Part shown: positions 21,978 through 35,164 of the stretch, one piece after another
Layout of the letters: every line of letters starts with the position of its first letter
Position numbering within the stretch: the first letter of the stretch is position 1
NCBI GenBank assembly: GCA_951406725.2
Contig: OX597838.1
Span: 41,044,001-41,108,000, forward strand
From: Octopus vulgaris
Taxonomy: Eukaryota
Reading direction: 5' to 3'
DNA: 64,000 bases
Position numbers and translations under genes: made by a program
The notes under the pieces: model-generated
Database searches by the model: none
What the model was told of the DNA's origin: nothing
The model's input: the letters and a program-made list of their open reading frames with translations, nothing else

Positions 21978-22214
21978 TGTGTTTCCTTCTCAAGACACAC
22001 CTGGCTCATAAGGGCCGGTTTCCCAGTTTCCTTGGTGTATAGGTTCCCCACCTGGACGGGATGCCAGTCCATCGCAGGTGAGCTGCAAGATGCAGGGGGA
22101 AAGAGTGAGAGAAAGATGTTTCGCTCATAAACACACACATCGCCCGGTCTGAGATTCGAACCCGCGATCCCTCGACCGCGAGTCTGCTGCTCTAACCACT
22201 AGGCCATGTGCCCC
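21978..22214 (-). mobile_element. tRNA-derived SINE family C
   Basis: Head tggcctagtggttagagc...gggttcgaatctc (A and B boxes), body cctgcgatggactggcatcccgtccagg; decayed relatives near 48.6, 54.5 and 55.4 kb. Confidence 0.8.
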
Positions 22215-23196
22215 CATATGTGTACATCAAATGATATTGTTAGTACCTGCTCTATCCACCATTAACACTTGAACTGTGAAATTAAATTTCATATTTCTTT
22301 TTTTTTTTTTTTCAGTAATGATATTAAATATCTACCAAATAATAGAACTGGTATTTTTTGCAAGTTGCCTCACTAAACCTGACAAATCCCAACAGAGAAA
22401 AAAATCTTTTAATCCTTTAGCATTCACATTATTCTGTCAAATGTAATGTTTATTTATTCACATTATTTTGAACTAATCTTGCATTGTCTTGTAGCTTTGA
22501 GACTTTGATGAAGCAACTGTTAATTTCTTAAAACGGCATTGCAGGGTTGGTGTGAGAAACCAGATCTAGCCAGTTTGAACATAAACCAGGTAGAATATTT
22601 GAGCCAGATATGACTGGTTTAAATTCTAAAGGGTTGAACATGATATTCTACAACAGAAGTTAGGTTGGTTTATAAGGTTTATTAAGGTTGGTTTATTAAG
22701 GGTAATGAAATTTTGAGTGGATATATCTGATTTCCACATTAAAAAGGTTAATCAACGATTGAGGCCCTTGAATATCCCTGTTGCTCATCTTCAGCTGCTC
22801 TACAGTAATACAAAATAAAGAGCTTTGCTCAAGGACACTATAGTCTGCTCAGTTTGAGAATCAAACCATTGTCCTTACAGCCAGGAGTCCAATATAACCA
22901 CAGGGCAAGACACATTCACATCTGTACATGTCAGCATCATCATCACCACCATTAGCATCCAGTTTTCTATGCTCACTAGAATAGGATAGAATTTGTGGAG
23001 GCAGATTTTCTACAGCTTGATGCCCTTCCTGTTGCCAACCCTCACTTGTTTCCAAGCAAGGTGGAGGAAGAGGAAGTGATTAGACTATAAGCTTATTATT
23101 ACATATTTCCAGTGGTTGGCATATTTGGAAGGGAATCCAGTTGTAAAAACCATGACAAAACTAATCTTGTCTGTGCTGGTGCCACGTAAAAAATAA

Positions 23197-23695
23197 CCAT
23201 AAATCCTTGAATATAGTCCACCCTTGCGTATAACACGCAGGGGATTTTTAGGGGGCTGTACCTCTGAGAAACCTAAACCTTGTGTATAATATGCACCCCT
23301 TCTCTAACTTGAGTTGTGCGTAATTAAGCCAGCAGCACCTAGTCGATCAAACACTTCCGCACAAGCATGACACAATAATGGCAATGTAAATATGTTTGCA
23401 AATTGTTTTTGTTACATGTTATTCTGTTTTCTGAATACTTTTATTTTGATAAATGTTGCTTACTGCAAGTTATGGATGATTCTTTTATGACTACATTGCT
23501 TTCAGGCTTAGCTTAAGGTATTTTCACGCCCGACATCACAAAATGCGTCTGAATAAACATTGCCGGACAGCAAATAGAGACTCGGACATTGCTTAGAAAA
23601 TATTTTTCATTTTAAACCTCGTATATAGTATGCAGTAGGGATTTTGACCTTTAAATTTTAGGGAAAAAATGCGGATTATACTCGAGGATTTACGG
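23197..23695. mobile_element. Tc1/mariner-superfamily (pogo-like) MITE
   Basis: Imperfect TIRs ccataaatccttgaatatagtccac / gcggattatactcgaggatttacgg-TA; splits an older RTE-tail repeat. Confidence 0.65.
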
Positions 23696-23984
23696 TATTC
23701 AGTCCACTCTGCAGGATGGCTGGTGTTAAGAAAGGCATCCAGCAGTAACAGCCATGACAAAACAGCTACAGTAGCCTGGTTAGCTGCTGTCAAACCGTTC
23801 AACCCCTGCCAGTGTGGAAGGCAGACATTAAACAATGATGACGATGATGGTGATTATGGCATGTATGACATAACATTGTATGAATTGCATATCATTGTAT
23901 AAGATATAGAATAAAAACATGATCTGTTTGCAGAAACGGTTGTAATGTCAACTTGGCTTTCCTTTTCTTCATTTATAATAATAA

Positions 23985-24235
23985 TAATAATAATAATAAT
24001 GAAATTATTGTATACAGTGCTCAGGTGCACCACAACTTGTCAGAAAGTGCATATAAAGTACATGCAGTAATGAAGAAATGTCTGGAATGCTTGTGTGTGT
24101 ATGGAGGGGAGAAAATCAGGTGTAGTGTTGGCGAATCTCAGAAAGCATGGAAGTTTTGAAGGATGCAGTGCTCCGACAACTAACAACCGATGCCGGCAGT
24201 TTGTTCCATGCTTCAGCAACTCTCAGCGTGAAAAA
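23985..24235 (-). mobile_element. CR1-group LINE extreme 3' end
   Basis: FFTLRVAEAWNKLPASVVSCRSTASFK followed by a short UTR and (ATT)n tail. Confidence 0.8.
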
Positions 24236-25080
24236 ATTTAGATTATTATTTTTATTGTTCCCTCTGCAGCAATTAAACCCACTGAATCTTACCTTGGAGT
24301 TGTGTAGTGCTCCCTGTAATATCAATTGATGCCTTACAGATCTCCTTCTGATTTAGAAGGAGATCTGTATGCTACCCAGGACCCTGCATGATGTGTTAAT
24401 GAGGTGATAGCCAAGATTACAATTATGCCCTCTATCTATCTATATATGATTGACTCCTTCCAGTTTCCATCTATCCAATTCCAGTCACAAAGCTTTGGTT
24501 AGCACTGGTAGAAGACACTTGCCCAAGGTACAAGTATTCAAAACATGGATATTAAAGCTAATCATACAGCGAAAAGAAAGGTTGACTTTGAAGGCAAAGC
24601 TGTGTGAAAGATCAGCTTTTGTAGACTAACCAGTCCTTTCTTTATAAAGACAGGCACAGAGATGGCTGTGGTTGGGAAGCAAGCTTCCCAACCATGTGAT
24701 CTTAGGTTCAGTCCCAGTACATAGCACCTCGGATGTCTTCAACCAAAGCCTTGTGAATGGATTTTATAGAAGAATGGTAACTGACCGAAGCCTGGCTTTA
24801 ATACCTAAGTCCAAGATAGTCCTATGGCCTGTCAGTCCCTTCCTTCTGTTTTTTTGGGTGGGGGGGAGGTCCATCATTGTTCGGCCGTTTGCCAGGCCTG
24901 TCCCAACTTCACCTTGTTATTTATTTTCACTCACTCGTCTGGTCTCGGAATCGAAACCCCAATCTTACAATCATGAGTTCAATACCCTAACCACTAACCA
25001 CGTGCCTCCACACACTCACCTACCCACATAGGTGTGTCTCTGTGTTTGTGTAATTGAGTTTTAGGTTTGCGCAGTTTACT

Positions 25081-25160
25081 AGTGTCTTCTGCTATAGCCT
25101 CGGGCCGACCAAAGCCTTGTGAGTGGATTTGGTAGACAGAAACTAAAAGAAGCCTGTCGT

Positions 25161-25202
<42 letters not shown>

Positions 25203-25822
25203 TTGTGTGTCTGTGTTTGTCCCCCTAGCATTGCTTGATAACTGATGCTGGTGTGTTTACGTCCCCCGTCACTTAGCAGTTCGGCAAAAGAGACCAATAG
25301 AATAAGTACTGGGCTTACAAAGAATAAGTCCCGGGGTCGAGTTGCTCGACTAAAGGCGATGCTCCAGCATGGCCGCAGTCAAATGCCTGAAACAAGTAAA
25401 AGAGTAAAGAGAGTGACCCGCTGTTCTTGAGGAGACCTGTTGAGTCAAGTTCATCAACATCAAAATAAAAATTCAAATGGAAATTGTAGTTAAGACAACC
25501 GTGCCAGTGACACGTAAAAAGCACCGTTCGAACGTGACAGATACTAGCGTCGCCTGACTGGCATCTGTGTCGGTGACACGTAAAAGCACCAACCGATTGT
25601 GACCGTTTGCCAGCCAGCTTCGGCTCCTGTGCCGGTGGCACGTAAAAAACACTCACTACACTCACAGAGTGGTTGGCATTAGGAAAGGCATCCAGCTGTA
25701 GAAACACTGCCACATCAGACTAGAGCCTGGTGCAGCCTCCATGGCTTACTAGACCCCGGTCGAACCGTCCAACCCATGCTAGCATGGAAAACGGACGTTA
25801 AATGATGATGATGATGATGATG
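25081..25822 (+). mobile_element. 5'-truncated SINE A directly followed by an RTE 3'-UTR fragment
   Basis: SINE A tail at about 25412 abuts sequence ending ccatgctagcatggaaaacggacgttaaa(tga)n. Confidence 0.8.
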
Positions 25823-26787
25823 AATTACCCTTAAAATACATTAATTTTAAGATGAATGTATCACCTTTGGATATACTTGAATTATAAAAGCATGCATATT
25901 AGAAGAGAAAATAGCACTTTGATCATTCAGAAGTATCTAAAGAGAAACAATAAAACACATCTTAAATATAAGATGTAATGGTGTAAGAAAGTTGGGAGAA
26001 ACTTCAGGTTGTATATAGTTTTCGTTACGGTATTTCAAATAAACCACGATACTTTTAATATTCCCCATTATAAAGAAAAAAAAAAACCCTTTTGGGAAAT
26101 ACGCCGCGATTCTCCTTATATTTTTTTTCTAATTGAAATTAACAGGTTATTCTAATTATAAATAAACTTTGGTAAATAATGGAACCACCCTGGGTGGTTC
26201 GTAGTCTCTGTTGTATCAATCGGTGATATGTGACTAGAGCTAAAATAAATAAATATAAGAAAACTCTTGGCAGTGAAAAAGAAACAGCGAAAGGAAAAAA
26301 TCCAAAAGGGGAAAAGCTGTAAAAAAAACAAAAGGAATAAAAAACACTAAATAAAAAAGTTGTAAAAGGGAGATCAACTGGGATTCGAAACCGGCTCGTC
26401 AACTTTGTTTGGCGGGAAGTTTACTGTATGCATTCAATTGTCAACTTGTTTTTATATATTCCGAATATTCAATCTATTTGAAATTTTGAAAGATAAATAT
26501 TGTTTGCCAATTTTATTAGTAAATAAAATTAGAGAAACTAATAAATACTGATAATTATTTCTTTCTTGAAAGAGAAAAATTTAATTACAATTTATTGTTA
26601 TAAATTGTTGAATATTTCTTTTACAAATAATACACAGTAAACAGGTGGATGGAACGAGTGTATATGTATATATACATACATAAACACTCACATGAATACA
26701 GGGATGGCCAGAAGTCGCTATACACATTTCTAATAATAATAAAGAGATGGGTGAAGTAACTTGTGGTCATCCTGTATATCAACATAC

Positions 26788-27186
26788 GGATCTTTTCGGT
26801 TTGAACGGCAGTTTTTTCTAGCGGTGTCATATGATATTGTCACCCATAATTATGACCCTAGTATCGATCTATTGCATTTCGATCTGGGTTAGGGTTAGGT
26901 TATCTTTTTTTTCTTCACAAATGTAAATAAACCCAATCTGTTTCTTAAACGAGGGACAAATTCATACGGCACAGAATGTTGTTTACCTCAATAGACGTCA
27001 TTGATTGGTTGAAATTGCAGAAATTGAAGAAAAAAACCAACAAATATCTTACAAACTATAGAATTTTCTCAATAAAGCCAAGAGAAAAAGATGTTTTATA
27101 AACACATTCTACCAGTATACGAAGTTTAAAATTTTTTAGTTACCTAGAAATTATGTTAAAAACTGCCGTTCAAACCGAAAAGATCC
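26788..27186 (+). mobile_element. GGATC-TIR MITE
   Basis: Both TIRs; exact 8-bp TSD CAACATAC. Confidence 0.92.
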
Positions 27187-28685
27187 CAACATACACATAT
27201 ATACATTCGTGTGTAAACACAACAAATAAACATTCATGTGCTTGTATATACATATTGATTTATATGTGTGTTGTTTTTGTAAACTATTGATAGTGAAGAT
27301 AACATGAGCACAAGACTAGAAATTTGGGAGAATGGTATAAATCGATTCTAGTGCTTTATTATAAATCGAACCCAGAATGTGAGATTCAAAAATCGACTTC
27401 AGCTGGGAATCGAACTCGTTACGTAAAGCAATGTAATAAAGTATTAAGCGAAGGACAATGCATTAAAATTATATTAGTTTATTTTCTAAAGGAAATTAAC
27501 AGATGTTTTATTGTGTGTAAATATAGATTAGTAAATAAAGGACAGAGTAAGAGGGAGAAATAGTTGAAATATCAAGTACGAAACTAAAAGGTTGCAGTTG
27601 TTCAATATGTCAATGCAAATGAGTTGGGTCATAGTTTATTGACTGCGGACCTGCAACAAGCGAAAAGAAAGAAAGGAGTTGAACAGGAGGAAAATATGAA
27701 GTGAATAAGTGCTCGGAGAAAAAAATATTAATTAAAAAAAAATAATAATCAAGTTACTGTAGGATAAGAATGATCGAGAAAAATAACGAAAAAAATTTTT
27801 TATGATACTTATTAAAAATTTAATATATAAAAAAAAACGTTTTTCCATTTGTTCCAAAATGGATACATAATATATATATTTTTTAAAAAATTAGGTATTG
27901 AACACACGCCTGAAAATAAATTCTAATTTCTATATTGATAATAGTTATTATTATGTCAAGTTAGGTTTTATTAGTAATTATTATGCATATAAACATTATA
28001 TAGTAAAAAAAAATATTTGAGTATCCATGAAAAAAATTAATAATTCTAACTTCTAATTTTTAGATTGCTAATAATTTTATTAATCAGTTTGGTTTTTTTT
28101 TTATTAGCTTATTACAGTACCGGATTTCTTTTCCGTCTTCCAGAAATCCGGGAATACTTTATTATACGGTCTAAGATTACTGCATCTATTCAGTAGACAG
28201 ACTTTACTTTCGAAGATGGTTAATTTGTGTATGGCATCTTCAAAATAGCTTTGTTCTTTACTATTTTTTCAAGTGGATTCCTATAGATTAAACACATACT
28301 GCTTTAGAATTGTATTAATTTGCACCTAATGTTATTTACTTTTCTGTTTATTTTCGTTTCTTTCCAACCACAAATTTTACAACAATCCATTGAGAATTAA
28401 AGAATATTTAAGTGGTGGGAAGAAAACGAAAAAGTGCCGACGTTTCTTTATTTAATCAATATATAAATGATATAAAACTAATTAATACTCTCCTTTAGAA
28501 ACGTATTAATTTGAACCTGTGAAATACAATTTAGCTCTTTACATTTAATACTTTAAGTTTATATTATTAACGGCATTTCGTAGGTTCTGAGTTCAAATTC
28601 CGACGAAGTCGACTTTGCCCTTCATACGTTCGGGGTTGATTGAAATAAAAAAAAAAAGTACCAGCCGAGCACGGGAGTTGAAATA

Positions 28686-29007
28686 TATTTCTTTACTTCC
28701 CACAAGGGGCTAAACACAGAGGGGACAAACAAAGGGATTAAGTCGATTACATCGACCCCAGTGCGAAACTGGTACTTTATTTATCGACCCCAGTACGAAA
28801 CTGGTACTTTATTTATCGACCTCAGTGCGAAACTGGTACTTTATTTATCGACCCCAGTGCGAAACCGGTACTTTATCGACCTCACTGCGAAACTGGTACT
28901 TTATTTATCGACCCCAGTGCGAAACTGGTACTTTATTTATCGACCCCGAAAGGATGAAAGGCAAAGTCGACCTCGGCGGAATTTGAACTCAGAACGTAAG
29001 GAAACGA
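28686..29007 (-). mobile_element. SINE B with internal tandem expansion of about 6 x 32 bp
   Basis: Unit atcgaccccagtgcgaaactggtactttattt; flanked by 20-bp direct repeat cagccgagcacgggagttga (28662-28681, 29008-29027). Confidence 0.85.
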
Positions 29008-29098
29008 CAGCCGAGCACGGGAGTTGATATAATCGACTGAAAACCCGTCTCCACGAAATTGCTGGCCTTCTGCCAATATTTAAGTATATATTTATAAC

Positions 29099-29211
29099 AG
29101 TCCCACTGCGTGGCACCTTGGGCAAGTCTCTTCTGCTATAGCCCCGGGCCGACCAATGCCTTGTGAGTGGATTTGGTAGACGGAAACTGAAAGAAGCCTG
29201 TCGTATACATG

Positions 29212-29242
<31 letters not shown>

Positions 29243-29449
29243 TTGTGTGTCTGTGTTTGTCCTCCTAGCATTGCTTGACAACCGATGCTGGTGTGTTTAC
29301 GTCCCCGTAACTTAGCGGTTCGGCAAAAAAGAGACCGATAGAATAAGTACTGGGCTTACAAAGAATAAGTCCCGGGGTCGATTTGCTCGATTAAAGGTGG
29401 TGCTCCAGCATGGCCGCAGTCAAAATGACTGAAACAAGTAAAAGAGAGA
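29099..29449 (+). mobile_element. SINE family A (5'-truncated)
   Basis: Matches family consensus. Confidence 0.9.
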
Positions 29450-29454
29450 GTCTT

Positions 29455-29991
29455 CGAAAAAAAACCGGAAATTTCATAAATCCGGACTACTTCCGGTACG
29501 AAAGAAGCTTGCCGGATAATTATGTCCGGCAACTGTGTATTATTGTTATGCAAATGAGATAGGTCAAATGTTTTGCTCGCGCACACGGTTTTAAGATCCG
29601 GGTCGTTGTGTTCGTGTTCCCCCTTAGTATGTGTGTTGTGTGTGTGTTATGTCCGTGCCAAAAGCCAAAAAACTAAATTGAAACCAAACTAAAAAGATAA
29701 GAGGAAAAAAAGAAAAGGAAAAAAGAAAACACGAAACCAAAAGTCAAATGAAACCGAACCGAACCAAATTCTAGCAGCGAAGCAAGCAAAGCTTAATGTA
29801 AAACCCCAAGAGAGAAAACCTACCAACCACCCCCTATTGGAATAATAATAATAACAACAACAACAATATATATTGTCATCATTTCAACAGCAAGAATTAA
29901 GAGCACAACTGAACAGCAATTAACAAGATAATAATTAGTAATTAATTAATAATAATAATAATAAGCAGCAACAGAATCAAGAGAGAACAAA
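29455..29991 (+). promoter_or_regulatory. Probable promoter and non-coding first exon of an unidentified + strand gene
   Basis: CpG-rich unique patch with CCGGAA and ACTTCCGG ETS motifs and ATGCAAAT, then an A-rich leader ending at a consensus donor AAA|GTAAGT (29992). Confidence 0.5.
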
Positions 29992-30109
29992 GTAAGTTCA
30001 TATTTCTGTTATGTATTACCCAACATCTGTTTCTAGTAGAAGTCACCCCCAGCACTTTCTCACCATATATATATATATATATATATATACATACACACGT
30101 ATATACATA

Positions 30110-30770
30110 CGTACACACAGCCTTTCTATATATTATATATACAGAAATTGGTATATGAATGTATACACAGCCTCACTTTTATATATTTCTCCCCCTATAT
30201 ACATCTGTGTATGTATATACACACAGCCTTTCTATGTTATATATACATAAATAGGTCTATGAATGTATATACATAGCCTCACTTTTATATACACACAGCC
30301 TTTCTATATTATATATACAGAAATAGGTATATGAATGTATACACAGCCTCTCTTTAATATATTTCTCTCCCTATATACATCTATGTATACACACAGCCTT
30401 TCTATATTATATATACAGAAATAGGTCTATGAATGTATATACATAGCCTCACTTTTATATACACGCAGCCTTTCTATATTATATATACAGCAATAGGTAT
30501 ATGAATGTATACACAGCCTCACTTTTATATACACATACATACACACAGCCTTTCTATATTATATATACAGTAATAGGTACATGAATGTATACACAGCCTC
30601 ACTTTTATATACACACATATATACATACGTACACACAGCCTTTCTATATTATATATACAGAAATAGGTCTATGAATGTATACACAGCCTCTCGTTTATAT
30701 ATTTCTCCCCCTATATACATCTATGTATGTATACACACACATACACACAGCCTTTCTAAGTATAATAGAT
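30110..30770. repeat. Compound minisatellite built on acacagcc-anchored units
   Basis: Repeated acacagcctttctatattatatatacagaaataggtatatgaatgtat alternating with acacagcctcacttttatat. Confidence 0.9.
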
Positions 30771-30967
30771 ACAAAAATATGTGCATATACACGGTCTCTT
30801 TCTATATCTACTACTCTCTCTCTCTCTTTTATATATATATATACACACACACACTCTTTTGTATATATACTCCTCAATCAGTTTTTCTGTACATATCCAT
30901 ATTTTTATACACCTTTCTTTGTGTATATCAAACCTCCGTTACACACACCATTTATTTCTCATATCTT

Positions 30968-30969
<2 letters not shown>

Positions 30970-31051
<82 letters not shown>

Positions 31052-31191
31052 TACACGCACACACGCATTTAAGATATGTTGTGTATCTATAGAGAAGTAA
31101 AGGATTACGAAACAAGACTATGTATATATATATATATATATACACACACGCAATTATATATACACACACATCTATATATATATATATATAT

Positions 31192-31228
<37 letters not shown>

Positions 31229-31298
31229 TATATATATATATATATACACATCTCTATATATATATACACATCTCTATATATATATATATACATACACA

Positions 31299-31360
<62 letters not shown>

Positions 31361-31400
31361 CACACACACATCTCTATATATATATATATACACATACACA

Positions 31401-31449
<49 letters not shown>

Positions 31450-31460
31450 GTATGTATGGC
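30970..31460. repeat. (CT)n/(TA)n/(CA)n microsatellite cluster
   Basis: Seen directly. Confidence 0.95.
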
Positions 31461-31825
31461 ATATACATATACACAAACTCTTTATTTCTGTGTTTATATC
31501 AATATGTACGTTTACATTTATACACACCTTTTTTTATGTGCTTCCTTCCTCTCTCTCTCTCTCCCTCTCTCTCCATATATACATCATATATTATTTCTTT
31601 AATCCAATTTTTTTATTTCTTTTGGGTTCTTCCCTTTTCTGAAAACTACAACAGTTTGTTGCCAAAGAAATTCTCTTACAATTGCCACAGATATTTCCCT
31701 ACCCTTATAACCATTAACCATCAAATATCAATTCATACACATCAATCACAACCGACTCTATATATTTTTTACTTGTTTGTCTGACTGCGGCCAAGCTGGG
31801 GCACCACCTTAAAATATTTTCAACC

Positions 31826-31868
<43 letters not shown>

Positions 31869-32163
31869 TTCCTTTTTAGTGAACATATTTATACGAAACA
31901 CAAAAGATATAACCATTTAGGTTTTTTTTAAAAATTTTGTGTATGTTTTTTTTATATTACTCTGTGGTGGAGGGCATATTTGGTATTACTAAGAGTTATA
32001 TCAACTCTTTAGTAATTATTTTTTAAAGGAGAAATAATGGCTGATATATATATATATTCTTTTTTTAGCAGTGGCTGTAATCTGGAAGAAATTATATAGA
32101 CGTAGGCTTTCTTTAGTTTTAACCCGCATAATCCACCACCTCCACCACACACTTAAGCTACAG

Positions 32164-32211
<48 letters not shown>

Positions 32212-32274
32212 GGATTCATTTAGCTTGTGCAGTCTAAAAATATCTATTTAAGATACTAGAACACAATATAAGCA

Positions 32275-32326
<52 letters not shown>

Positions 32327-32439
32327 TAAATGGTGTTTGCGTGCGCTTGTATATATATATGTGTATGTATATATATATATGTGTGTGTGTATGTATATGT
32401 GTATATATGTGTGTGTGTGTATATATGTATGTATATATA

Positions 32440-32680
32440 TATATATAGTGAATGTTTGCGTGCGTATATATATGTATATATAGTGAATGATGTTTGCGTG
32501 TGTATATATGTATGTATGTATGTATGTATATATAGTGAATGTTTGCGTGCGTATATATATGTATATATATAGTGAATGTTTGCGTGCGTATATATATGTA
32601 TATATATAGTGAATGTTTGCGTGCGTATATATATGTATATATATATAGTGAATGGTGTTTGCGTACGCGTATGTATATGT
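32440..32680. repeat. Minisatellite of roughly 35-bp units (atagtgaatgtttgcgtgcgtatatatatgtatat)
   Basis: About six units. Confidence 0.9.
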
Positions 32681-33102
32681 GCACTGTATACAATAATTTC
32701 ATTATTATTCATTATTTTATATATATATATACATATATACGTCATACCGTTTGTATGTGCATATGTATTGTCATTCTTTGTGTGTATATATGTCATATAT
32801 CGTATAGATACGCATTGAAGTTGTGTATTTGCATATACACATGGCATTCTCAACGTGTTGATGTGGGTGTATAAATGCACGCCTATACGTCATGTAACGT
32901 GGGTGTGAGTATACAAGCACCTCCACATTGTATACACACACACACGATACTGAAATGTACAACTTTATGATTTTCCTTTATATAAACTATATATATATAT
33001 ATATTTATATATATAATTATATAGACCGACCGACCGTAACAAACAACCTATGTACTATTGTCTTACGGTACTTATTTTCGGATTTATGAACCACACACAC
33101 AT

Positions 33103-33436
33103 ATCGATCTATTGCATTTCAATCTGTTTTAGGGTTAGGGGTGGGGGGAAGGTATCTATTTTTTTCTTCTTCAGAAATGTAAATAAACCCAATCTGTTTC
33201 TTAAACGAGGGACATATTCATTCATACGGCACAGAATGCTTTTTTTTTTTTTTTTTTTACCTCAATAGACGTCATTGATTGATTGAAATTGCAGAAATTG
33301 AAGAAAAAAAACACAACACCAAATATCTTACAAACTATTGAATTTTCTCAATAAAGCCAAGAGGAAAAAAAAAGATGTTTTATAAACACATTCTACCAGT
33401 ATACGAAGTTTAACATTTTTTTAGTTACCTAGAAAT
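33103..33436 (+). mobile_element. GGATC-TIR MITE interior lacking both TIRs
   Basis: Matches the interior of 10429-10875. Confidence 0.8.
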
Positions 33437-33504
33437 TGTGTATATATGCGTGCATATCTGTATAATTTGACTATTGGCTTATAGCTTTTGATATTGAACA
33501 GATG

Positions 33505-33549
<45 letters not shown>

Positions 33550-33801
33550 CGTGTTTACAAATATATGTACTGTAGACAGCAACAATTAAATGCTTAGCAT
33601 AAGAGTTTAAAATCTTATTTTAACCCTGGTTTCCTCTCATAACCACACAAACACTCGTCTAATCCTCTCCTTTAAGCTATGGGTAGGACAGTTTATTTTT
33701 GAACTGGTGAGCCATGTTTGTTTAAAGGGCCAAGACTATGTATGTAGACAATGACGACGCGGCTGTGTGTATATGTGCTCATTTCCTTATATATATATAT
33801 A

Positions 33802-34193
33802 TCTTTATATATAAAAGTGAAGTTGTGTGTCTGTCTCCTACGATTTAGATTCCTAACTACTCCCACATTTTGCGGTGCAGTTTAACCAAAACCGGGTATC
33901 TTATAGTCGTGATTCATATTGAGCCCTTCTGGGTATTAGCGCGCGTCTACGACGAGTCTACGATTTAAAAAAAAATTTACCATAATTTTTTCCCATTTTA
34001 ATACATTTTTGGCATATATAAGGGAAGTAACTCTCTAAAAATGTATTATTAAATCTCAGAACGTAAAAGGCTACAGTAACCCCCCCCCTTTGTGGTTAGC
34101 CATATTGAGATGGCTATTATACTTTACATCTCTAAAAATGCTTATATAGTTATTTCCCTTACAAATCCGAGCAACACCGGGCGATACTGCTAG
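33802..34193 (+). mobile_element. Non-autonomous Helitron-like element
   Basis: A|TC...CTAG|T; homologous to 20342-20740. Confidence 0.8.
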
Positions 34194-34202
34194 TATATAT
34201 AT

Positions 34203-34502
34203 ATACAAATTTAAAGGACTGAACACGAAAAGTGGTGGACAGTCAACATGCTAGATATAGACATCAAAATCGCTATTTTCCACAAAGAGTATGTTCTCAA
34301 ATAAAAACTCAGCATTTGAGAACATACTCTTTGTGGAAAATAGCGATTTGACGTCTATATCTAGCATGTTGACTGTCCACCACTTTTCGTGTTCAGTCCT
34401 TTAAATTTGTATGTAAAAATATTTTAATCTTCGGATTCTTTTTAATATGCTGGGCCACTGGTTTTAATTGACTAATATCAATTTCTACCCCTATTAAATT
34501 TT
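34203..34502 (+). mobile_element. Palindrome plus tail in (TA)n, same family as 19450-19775
   Basis: Arms 34203-34302 and 34314-34412, 11-nt loop, tail to about 34502. Confidence 0.75.
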
Positions 34503-34747
34503 ATATATATATATATATATATACATACATATATGTATGTATGTATGGTTCTTAATTGTAGTTACATGAATTTAGGAAAACCTGCTTTTTTGTCTTTCCA
34601 GGTGTTTGTATGTATATATAACAAATGTGTAAAAGAAACTGTGTGTATATATGTATAATTTGACTAATGGCTTATAGCTTTTAATATTGAACAGATGAGT
34701 AAAATTTAGGTGTGTATATACATATATACGCTATTATATATTTTAAG

Positions 34748-35164
34748 GAATCTTTTCGGTTTGAACAGCAGTTTTTAACATAATTTCTAGGTAACTAAAA
34801 TATTTTAAACTTCGTATACTGGTAGAATGTTGTTTATAAAACATCTTTTTCTCTTGGCTTTATTGAGAAAATTCTATGGTTTGTAAGATATTTGTTTGTT
34901 TGTTTTCAATTTCTGCAATTTCAACCAATCAATGTCATCTATTGAGGTAAACAACATTCTGTGCCGTATGAATAATATGTCCCTCGTTTAAGAAACAGAT
35001 TGGGTTTATTTACATTTGTGAAGAAAAAAAAAGATACCCTTCCCCCCACCCCTAACCCTAAAAGAGATTGAAATGCAATAGATCGATACTAGGGTCATAA
35101 TTGTGGGTGACAATTTCATATGACACCGCTAGAAAAAAAACTGCCGTTCAAACCGAATAGGTCC
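34748..35164 (-). mobile_element. GGATC-TIR MITE
   Basis: Slightly mutated TIRs; flanked by a direct duplication of about 130 bp. Confidence 0.88.

Noticed and set aside
22140-22214. Possible tRNA gene
   Set aside because: A and B boxes are present but the acceptor stem does not pair and the sequence continues into a SINE body.
28105-28281. Minus-strand frame of about 55 codons with an early TGA (possible selenoprotein exon) and two small hairpins
   Set aside because: No recognisable homology, redox motif or SECIS element.
30581-32880. Many Y/I/H/T-rich ORFs; also the 267-aa ORF at 37655
   Set aside because: Translations of (TA)n, (CA)n and (CT)n microsatellites.
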